This document shows positions 25,501-32,000 of a stretch of 32,000 nucleotides of DNA, in pieces; the stretch's first letter is position 1, and each line of letters begins with the position of its first letter. Source of the DNA: Candidatus Saccharimonadota bacterium (GTDB lineage: Bacteria; Patescibacteriota; Saccharimonadia; Saccharimonadales; UBA4665); assembly GCA_003516025.1 (NCBI GenBank), contig CP023991.1, forward strand, positions 330,001 through 362,000. The letters run 5' to 3'. Below the pieces are notes generated by a model that saw nothing but the letters and a program-made list of their open reading frames with translations, was not told the DNA's origin and searched no databases. The position numbers were made by a program, and so were the translations under genes.

Positions 25501-26781
25501 ATGAATTTTATTGATAAAACAAAAGTACTGATTGCTGCCGGCGCTGGCGGTGACGGCAAGCTCAGTTTTCGCCAGGAAAAGTTTATTTCCAAGGGCGGTC
25601 CTGATGGTGGTGATGGTGGCCATGGCGGTGACGTGGTGTTCGAGGCGTCCCGTAATCAGAATACCCTGGCCGCGTTCCGCTACCAGCGTGAACTGCAAGC
25701 TGAGCCAGGCCAGTCAGGCGGCAAAAACAAGCGCCATGGCCGCAGCGGCAAGCATCTCGTGGTGCCGGTACCGGTTGGCACGGTGGTTATGGATATGGAA
25801 GGCAATCAGTTAGCGGACCTGGTCGAAGACGGCCAGACTGCCGTGATCGCTAAAGGCGGTAAAGGCGGCTTCGGCAACGCCCACTTCGTCAGTAGCCGGC
25901 GCCAAACGCCACGCTTCGCTGAAAAGGGCGAAGAAGGCCAGGCTTTGGAAGCCATGCTCGAACTCAAGATGATCGCCGATGTTGGACTGGTTGGCCTGCC
26001 AAACGCGGGTAAGTCCACGCTACTCAGCAAAATCAGTAATGCCCGTCCGGAAATCGCTGACTATCCGTTCACGACGCTGCGCCCTAACCTTGGCATGGTT
26101 GATATCGACAAAGAGTCGACGCTGTTGTTCGCTGATATTCCGGGACTGATCGAAGGCGCGGCCGAAGGCAAGGGGCTGGGTCATGAATTTTTGCGGCACA
26201 TTGAGCGTACCGCCGTTGTCCTGCACCTTATTGACGCCTATCAGGACAATGTGGTCGAGGCTTACACGACTATTCAAAACGAGCTGAAGGCTTATGATAT
26301 CGATCTCAGTGAACGGCCGCAGATAGTAGTAATCAATAAAATTGATGGACTCGACGAGGACATGGTGGCTGATCTTATAAAACAGCTCCAGAAGATTATT
26401 TCCGAACGTACGCCGGTATACGCCATTTCGGCTGCCAGCGGGCAGGGACTGCGCGAATTATTATATGCCGTCCGCGCCATCGTGGTCGAGCAACGGAAAG
26501 TCATCGCCGAACAGGAAACCAAGGACGAGTTACCGGTTCTACGGCTTGATGAAGTTGACAAGTCAAATGCCTGGACAGTCGCTCCAGCACCCGGTGGCTT
26601 TCTGGTGACCGGTACACGGATCGAACAGTTCGCCGGCCGTACCGATTTTACCAATGAAGAAGGCGTGCAACGCCTCAGGGACATTATGCGTAAGATGGGC
26701 ATCATGCATGAACTGGTACGTAAAGGCATTGAAGCCGGCCAGCAGATTTATGTAGGCAACAAGGGTAATTTCGAGTATTAA
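25501..26781 (+). CDS. obg: GTPase Obg/CgtA
   Basis: Gly-rich Obg fold (GAGGDGKLSFRQEKFISKGGPDGGDGGHGGDV) and G-domain motifs GLPNAGKST, DIPGLIEGA and NKID. Confidence 0.96.
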   Translation: MNFIDKTKVLIAAGAGGDGKLSFRQEKFISKGGPDGGDGGHGGDVVFEASRNQNTLAAFRYQRELQAEPGQSGGKNKRHGRSGKHLVVPVPVGTVVMDMEGNQLADLVEDGQTAVIAKGGKGGFGNAHFVSSRRQTPRFAEKGEEGQALEAMLELKMIADVGLVGLPNAGKSTLLSKISNARPEIADYPFTTLRPNLGMVDIDKESTLLFADIPGLIEGAAEGKGLGHEFLRHIERTAVVLHLIDAYQDNVVEAYTTIQNELKAYDIDLSERPQIVVINKIDGLDEDMVADLIKQLQKIISERTPVYAISAASGQGLRELLYAVRAIVVEQRKVIAEQETKDELPVLRLDEVDKSNAWTVAPAPGGFLVTGTRIEQFAGRTDFTNEEGVQRLRDIMRKMGIMHELVRKGIEAGQQIYVGNKGNFEY

Positions 26782-26894
26782 GCGCCTGTTCTGTACGCCG
26801 AAACGAGTACTCTTGACTGTCGATGCCTTCCAGCCTGACCTGAACGACTTAATCAGCAAATACGGCCCGCAGCCTCCTCAATGTGGCTAGGGTG

Positions 26895-26922
26895 TTACAT
26901 AAGCGTTATAGAGTGATACACT
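26895..26922 (+). promoter_or_regulatory. putative extended -10 promoter of sbcB (near-leaderless)
   Basis: TTACAT (26895-26900), 16 nt, TGaTACACT (26914-26922). ATG 26932 lies 9 nt downstream. CATAAGC overlaps the -35 box. Confidence 0.5.
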
Positions 26923-26931
26923 GGTAGTTAT

Positions 26932-28362
26932 ATGGCTGCCAGTTTTTATTTTTATGACCTCGAAACCTCTGGCACTGATCCAAAGCGTGACCGGATCATG
27001 CAGTTTGCCGGACAACGTACCGACATGGACCTTAACCCGATCGGTGAACCGCACAATCTGTTGGTAGCGCTTACCGACGAAGTGTTGCCGCAGCCTGGCG
27101 CTATTATGGTAACCGGCATTACGCCGCAGCATACCCGCGACGAGGGTTACAACGAAGCGCAGTTCCTGGAAATTGTCTGCAAAGAAGTTCTGACACCGGA
27201 CACCATTATTATTGGTTATAACAATATCAAATTTGATGATGAATTCATGCGCTGCACCTTTTTCCGGAACATGTACGACCCATACGAGTGGCAGCTGCAG
27301 CAGGGACGGTCGCGCTGGGATTTCCTGGATGTTATCCGTTTGACCCGCGCCCTACGCCCCGAGGGTATCGAATGGCCAGTTGATGAAAACGGTGTCGCCA
27401 GTAACCGCCTTGAAAAACTGAGTGCCGCCAACGGCCTGGCGCACGAACATGCTCACGACGCGCTCAGCGACGTCTATGCTCTCATCGGCGTAGCGAAACT
27501 GGTAAAAGACAAGCAGCCAAAACTGTACGACTATTTATTAAAGAACCGGGATAAAACCGCCGCTCAGGCTATTGCTGCCGGTGATGGCCGGCAGTTTCCG
27601 GGCCAGCCATTCGTCCATACGTCCTACACCTACCCGAAAGAGCAACTGCACACGACGGTTGCCGCCGCGGTGGCGCCGGGTAAGTTCAAGGGCACTTTTT
27701 ACGTGTATGATCTGCGGCATGACCCTACCAGGTGGCTTGCTATGCCAGTCGAGAAACTGCGTGCCCACTGCCAGAAAACGGCGGATGAACGTGATGACGG
27801 CCATCAGTTCCTGCCCGTCCGCGAACTCAAGTGTAACCAGTGCCCGGCGGTAGCGCCCTATGATGTGCTGCGGGCCGACGCGGCCGCTCAGGAACGCCTG
27901 GCGATAGACCTGGCATCCGTGAGACGCCACCACGCGCTGCTGCAAGCGGATCCGGGTTTTGGTGACCGTGTCGCACAGGCACTCGACAGGAAATTTGCCA
28001 CCGACGATGATCCGGATTGCCAGCTGTATGACGGTTTTGTGCCTGACAGTGACAAAGCTAAGATGGTACGGGTACGGACGGCAGCTCCGGCGGAGCTGAA
28101 GGGCCTGGATCCCGGCTTCAGCGATAAGCGGCTGCAGGCCATGCTGGTGCGCTACAAAGCACGCAATTATCCAAATAGTTTAACCGATGCCGAGCGTGCC
28201 GCGTGGGAAACGTACCGTGATGGCCGGCTGCAAAAAGCCTTGCCTCAGTTTGTCGCGGAACTACAAAAGGCAGTCGCTACACATACGGGGCAGGAAGCTC
28301 AGTACATTCTGGAAGAACTGAGGCTTTACGCCGAATCGATTATGCCAGCTCAAGTCGATTAG
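26932..28362 (+). CDS. sbcB: exodeoxyribonuclease I
   Basis: 476 aa. DEDDh exonuclease motifs (FYFYDLETSGTDPKRDRIMQFAG, GYNNIKFDDEF, HDALSDV) and an ExoI-type C-terminal domain. Confidence 0.9.
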   Translation: MAASFYFYDLETSGTDPKRDRIMQFAGQRTDMDLNPIGEPHNLLVALTDEVLPQPGAIMVTGITPQHTRDEGYNEAQFLEIVCKEVLTPDTIIIGYNNIKFDDEFMRCTFFRNMYDPYEWQLQQGRSRWDFLDVIRLTRALRPEGIEWPVDENGVASNRLEKLSAANGLAHEHAHDALSDVYALIGVAKLVKDKQPKLYDYLLKNRDKTAAQAIAAGDGRQFPGQPFVHTSYTYPKEQLHTTVAAAVAPGKFKGTFYVYDLRHDPTRWLAMPVEKLRAHCQKTADERDDGHQFLPVRELKCNQCPAVAPYDVLRADAAAQERLAIDLASVRRHHALLQADPGFGDRVAQALDRKFATDDDPDCQLYDGFVPDSDKAKMVRVRTAAPAELKGLDPGFSDKRLQAMLVRYKARNYPNSLTDAERAAWETYRDGRLQKALPQFVAELQKAVATHTGQEAQYILEELRLYAESIMPAQVD

Positions 28363-28543
28363 GTTGCCGAACAGACATCATCAAAAACGCCAGCACAATC
28401 CGGATTTTAAGAATAATGTGATGCCGCTTGATATATATCATACCGGCAATGTCGGCAACGACCAACAGGGCAGTTAGCCAGCCGATAAAAGTTATTTGTA
28501 TGGTAGTTCCTGGAATTATGCCCAGTACGATTAAGCTGTACAC
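28340..28543 (-). CDS. small hypothetical membrane protein (67 aa, 2 predicted TM helices)
   Basis: GTG start with an AGGGAAA purine tract upstream. Hydrophobic (LIVLGIIPGTTIQITFIGWLTALLVVADIAGMIY). Overlaps the sbcB 3' end convergently by 23 nt. Short, so uncertain. Confidence 0.45.
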   Translation of the reverse strand: MYSLIVLGIIPGTTIQITFIGWLTALLVVADIAGMIYIKRHHIILKIRIVLAFLMMSVRQPNRLELA

Positions 28544-28623
28544 GTACGTTTCCCTAAATAATGCAGTAATTTAGGCACAGTATAAGCTATTGTTCGCTAA
28601 AAAGGCAAATATATTTTATTACG

Positions 28624-29046
28624 CTAATGCTTGCGCAATTTCTGCTTGAGGCGGGCTGCACGGTCTCTGTTAAGACCGGCAATCAACAGGGCGATAAAGA
28701 AGAGCGCCGTCGCCAGGCTGATCTGCCAGATTGCCGCGTGGCGCCAGGCCAGCGCGGCCACTAAAGCCAGTAATAAGACCGTCGCCAGGTCATACAGGCG
28801 CTGTATCCAGCGGTTGTCGGGAAATAAGACTTCGGCGGCTTTACCGCTGTTTTTAAGCAGCCACTCGCGCAAATTTTTGGCCCATTCATTGTTGATGGAC
28901 AACAAACCGAGGCCAGCCAGGACGAGTGGGATACCACCGGGGCCGGGCAACCAGCCGGAGGCTATGCCCAGTAAGATTAATAAATATCCACCGGTATCAG
29001 TCGCGATTCGTTTAAATGTGTTAGGCATAGTGGTATTGTAAGTCAC
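28624..29046 (-). CDS. PGPGW-motif family transmembrane protein
   Basis: Multi-TM protein with WLPGPGGIPLVLAGLGLLS. The ORF opens at GTG 29046, but ATG 29028 lies 6 nt after a TACAAT box (29035-29040, minus strand) and may be the true leaderless start. Confidence 0.75.
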   Translation of the reverse strand: MTYNTTMPNTFKRIATDTGGYLLILLGIASGWLPGPGGIPLVLAGLGLLSINNEWAKNLREWLLKNSGKAAEVLFPDNRWIQRLYDLATVLLLALVAALAWRHAAIWQISLATALFFIALLIAGLNRDRAARLKQKLRKH

Positions 29047-29082
29047 TTTCCTGAAGGTAGGTGTAAAAAAATCGGTATTCGG

Positions 29083-29088
29083 TATACT
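29083..29088 (+). promoter_or_regulatory. -10 box of the CofE-family gene (leaderless)
   Basis: TATACT is followed by 7 nt and then ATG 29096. Confidence 0.45.
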
Positions 29089-29095
29089 TTGCAGT

Positions 29096-29845
29096 ATGCA
29101 TATACAGTCACTTGTTACACCGCGTATTGAAGCCGGCCAATACGAGCTGTTGAATATTATTGATCAGGCGGTAAAAACCCTGGAGCCAAACAGCGTGCTG
29201 GCTATAACATCTAAAATCGTTTCGCTGTGTGAAGGCAGCGTCGTGCCAATGGCCGGAACAGACAAAACGGAGCTGATGCGGCGGATGTCGGAACAGTTTG
29301 TGGCTGACGAGCACAGCAAATGGGGCGTTCATTTTACTATAACCAACGGCATGCTGATTCCCACGGCTGGAATTGATGAATCAAATGCCGGTGATGTGTA
29401 TGTCCTGTGGCCGCGCGATGCTCAAGAGACGGCCAACCAAGTACGGCAGCACTTAACGCGGCGCTTCGGACATGGCAATGCCGGCGTAGTCATCACCGAC
29501 AGCACCGTCCGGCCAATGCGGCGTGGCGTATCTGGTATCGCGCTGGCCTACAGCGGTTTCAAACCGCTTAAAAATTACGTGCAGTCGCCCGACTTATTCG
29601 GACGCCCTTTCAAAGTTTCCCAGGCGGATATTGTTGGCGGACTGGCAGGTGCCGCGGTGCTAGCGATGGGCGAGGGTGCCGAGTCAACGCCGTTAGCGGT
29701 GATATCTGATCTCACAATGGTCCAGTTCGTAGACCGTAACCCGCTTCCCGAAGAATTACGGGAGTTGACGATAACACTGGAAGATGATATCTTCGCGCCG
29801 TTTCTAACCAAAGTGCGCTGGCAACCCGGCGGGCAGTCCCAGTAA
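29096..29845 (+). CDS. CofE-family protein (F420-0:gamma-glutamyl ligase fold), function here unknown
   Basis: 249 aa. AITSKIVSLCEG, TAGIDESNA, VVITDSTVRPMRRGVSGIALA and AAVLAMGEGAESTPLAVI blocks match the CofE/FbiB N-domain pattern. Confidence 0.8.
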   Translation: MHIQSLVTPRIEAGQYELLNIIDQAVKTLEPNSVLAITSKIVSLCEGSVVPMAGTDKTELMRRMSEQFVADEHSKWGVHFTITNGMLIPTAGIDESNAGDVYVLWPRDAQETANQVRQHLTRRFGHGNAGVVITDSTVRPMRRGVSGIALAYSGFKPLKNYVQSPDLFGRPFKVSQADIVGGLAGAAVLAMGEGAESTPLAVISDLTMVQFVDRNPLPEELRELTITLEDDIFAPFLTKVRWQPGGQSQ

Positions 29846-30004
29846 GTCGTCTGCCACCACGGTCTGGAAGTTTTGCAAAATTTTGTGTATAATACATCAG
29901 CTTAGGGAGAATATAGCGTAGTCGTTTTCGGCTATGTTCGCTTGTTTCAAGATGTAGTTGAATACTAATAGTTGGTTTCCAGGATGCAAGAGAAGGGGGA
30001 GTTG

Positions 30005-32000
30005 ATGAGTTCAGGCAATATTGTTGTAAAAGGGGCCCGCGAGCATAACCTCAAGGATATTGATGTTACGATTCCGCGCGAAAAATTAGTGGTTATAACG
30101 GGTTTGTCCGGTTCCGGCAAGTCTAGCTTGGCGTTTGATACCATTTATGCCGAAGGCCAGCGCCGCTACGTTGAATCGCTCAGCTCGTACGCTCGCCAGT
30201 TCCTAGGGCTCATGGAAAAACCGGACGTCGACCAGATTGATGGCCTCAGCCCGGCTATTTCTATCGACCAGAAATCAACCTCCCGCAACCCACGTTCAAC
30301 TGTTGCAACCGTAACGGAAATTTATGACTATCTCCGGCTGCTGTTCGCCCGCGTTGGCGTGCCGCATTGTCCGATTGATGGCCGGGCGGTTACCCGCCAG
30401 ACGTCAAATGCCATCGTAGATCAGGTTATGGCCTTGCCGGCTGATGCCCGCCTGATGATCCTGTCGCCAGTCGTAATCGACAAAAAAGGCCAGTTCGAGC
30501 ACATTCCCGAACAGTTTACCCGGGCCGGTTTTGCCCGTGCCCGCGTTGACGGCGTTGTCTATGCCTTGGATGAATTCCCGGCACTTGATAAGAATTACAA
30601 GCATAATATCGACATTGTGGTTGACCGCCTGGTTAACGATGAAGACAGCCGAACCCGCTTGTCGCAGTCCGTCGAACAGGCGCTCGACGTGTCCGAAGGC
30701 CGCCTGGCGGTCGTAAATGCGGACACTAACGAAGAATTTAGTTACAGCCTGATGTACGCCTGCCCGGAACACCCGGAGCTGAAGATTCCTGACCTGGAAC
30801 CACGGACCTTCAGCTTTAACTCGCCGCACGGTGCCTGCCCGGTTTGCACCGGCCTTGGATCCCGCATGGAAGTTGATCCTGAACTGGTGATTCCGAATGG
30901 TAAATTGACAATCGCCGAAGGTGCTATCCGCCCGTATAACCGCATTAATGTCGATAACTGGTATATGAAGAAATTACAGGTAGTTTCTGAGCATTATGGC
31001 TTTAGCCTGCATGTGCCGACCGGACAATTGAGCAAAGAAAACCTGGACCGTATTCTGTATGGCACCGGTGATCAGACGTATAAGATCAAGATTGGTGCCG
31101 GCCGCTCGTTTAACAGTGTTTACGAAGGGGTCATTCCAAACCTGGAGCGCCGCCACAAGGAAACCGACAGCGAGTTTATCCGCCGAGACATTGAGCGCTT
31201 CATGCAAGAAAGGCCCTGCTTTAAATGTAAGGGTCTCCGCCTGCGCCCTGAAGTACTGGCAATTACGCTGCATGGCAAATCAATTATGGATGTCTGTAGC
31301 TTGTCGATTGATGACGCCCTCGGCTGGATGGACGAGCTCAGCCTGAGTGATCAGGAAAAACACATCGCCGAGCTCATTCTGAAAGAAATCCACGCCCGGC
31401 TGCGCTTTTTGAAGGACGTGGGCCTGAACTACTTAACGCTACTTCGTTCCGCGACTACTTTAAGTGGCGGTGAGGCTCAGCGTATCCGTTTAGCGACCCA
31501 AATTGGCTCCGGACTTATGGGCGTGCTCTATGTGCTTGACGAGCCGTCGATTGGTCTCCATCAGCGTGATAATGACCGTTTAATCGCGACGCTTAAGCAC
31601 CTTCGTGATCTCGGCAACACCGTTTTGGTGGTCGAGCATGACGAAGACACCATTCGCACCGCGGACTACTTGCTGGACATTGGTCCGGGTGCCGGTATCC
31701 ATGGCGGACATGTTATTGCCGCCGGTACGCCGGATGAAGTCGCCAGTAACCCTAAAAGCATTACCGGCCAGTACCTGTCGGAAACCAAAGTTATTCCCGT
31801 ACCGAAAAAGCGCCGGCCGGGCAATGGCAAGGAACTGGTGATCCGCGGCGCCCGTGAAAACAATCTGCAAAACGTCGATGTCACCATTCCGCTTGGTAAA
31901 ATGGTGGTCGTTTCCGGTGTTTCGGGTTCGGGCAAGTCGAGCTTGATTAATGATATTCTGGCTAAAGAATTGTTAGCCCGCCTGCACCGCGCCAACACCG
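30005..32000 (+). CDS. uvrA: excinuclease ABC subunit A, 3' end beyond window
   Basis: Not in the supplied ORF track because there is no stop in the window. I translated frame 2 by hand from ATG 30005 (GGGGGAG SD upstream): MSSGNIVVKGAREHNLKDIDVTIPREKLVVITGLSGSGKSSLAFDTIYAEGQRRYVESLSSYARQFLG..., then LSGGEAQRIRLATQIG, VLDEPSIGLH and a second P-loop GVSGSGKSSL near 31920. The frame is open to nt 32000. Confidence 0.95.
   Translation, partial: MSSGNIVVKGAREHNLKDIDVTIPREKLVVITGLSGSGKSSLAFDTIYAEGQRRYVESLSSYARQFLGLMEKPDVDQIDGLSPAISIDQKSTSRNPRSTVATVTEIYDYLRLLFARVGVPHCPIDGRAVTRQTSNAIVDQVMALPADARLMILSPVVIDKKGQFEHIPEQFTRAGFARARVDGVVYALDEFPALDKNYKHNIDIVVDRLVNDEDSRTRLSQSVEQALDVSEGRLAVVNADTNEEFSYSLMYACPEHPELKIPDLEPRTFSFNSPHGACPVCTGLGSRMEVDPELVIPNGKLTIAEGAIRPYNRINVDNWYMKKLQVVSEHYGFSLHVPTGQLSKENLDRILYGTGDQTYKIKIGAGRSFNSVYEGVIPNLERRHKETDSEFIRRDIERFMQERPCFKCKGLRLRPEVLAITLHGKSIMDVCSLSIDDALGWMDELSLSDQEKHIAELILKEIHARLRFLKDVGLNYLTLLRSATTLSGGEAQRIRLATQIGSGLMGVLYVLDEPSIGLHQRDNDRLIATLKHLRDLGNTVLVVEHDEDTIRTADYLLDIGPGAGIHGGHVIAAGTPDEVASNPKSITGQYLSETKVIPVPKKRRPGNGKELVIRGARENNLQNVDVTIPLGKMVVVSGVSGSGKSSLINDILAKELLARLHRANT

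Noticed and set aside
26563-26859. 98-aa minus-strand ORF across the obg 3' end and the 150-bp obg-sbcB spacer
   Set aside because: Two-thirds of it is antisense to obg, there is no start context, and I recognise nothing in the product. The spacer itself shows no convincing hairpin or RNA motif.

Overview
Gene-dense (about 90% coding), roughly 50% GC bacterial chromosome segment using the standard genetic code: TGA, TAG and TAA all terminate conserved proteins. Short housekeeping proteins (for example a 629-aa AlaRS) and many exported hypothetical proteins suggest a reduced-genome Patescibacteria/CPR organism, possibly Saccharibacteria-like. That assignment is inference only.

Gene order:
- F1 half of the ATP synthase operon (atpH partial, then atpA, atpG, atpD, atpC; 1-4551).
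- A convergent membrane-anchored beta-helix-like protein (4548-5570).
- An ~8.2-kb locus of seven exported proteins (5694-13924): four paralogous anchorless secreted proteins, two paralogous proteins with a signal peptide plus C-terminal TM helix, and an Ig/PKD anchor. The layout recalls Firmicute Csc/WxL cell-surface-complex clusters. This is my top candidate for an undescribed surface or attachment system.
- mnmA.
- A ~545-bp high-GC island (15297-15840) holding one secreted-protein gene with about 94% GC3, probably foreign, with actinobacterial-like codon usage.
- alaS.
- A divergent pair of unknown genes around a 262-bp AT-rich region.
- An ftsA-like gene plus a 580-aa bitopic protein, then ruvX, mltG and a LysM/CHAP hydrolase.
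- obg, sbcB, two small membrane proteins and a CofE-family protein.
- The 5' part of uvrA (30005 to window end). It is missing from the supplied ORF track because it has no stop in the window.

The regulatory style is distinctive. Extended -10 promoters (TGnTAnAAT) sit 6-12 nt from start codons, implying leaderless or near-leaderless mRNAs. A CATAAGC/GCTTATG heptamer is strongly over-represented at gene starts.

No rRNA, tRNA, CRISPR array, transposase or integrase was recognised.
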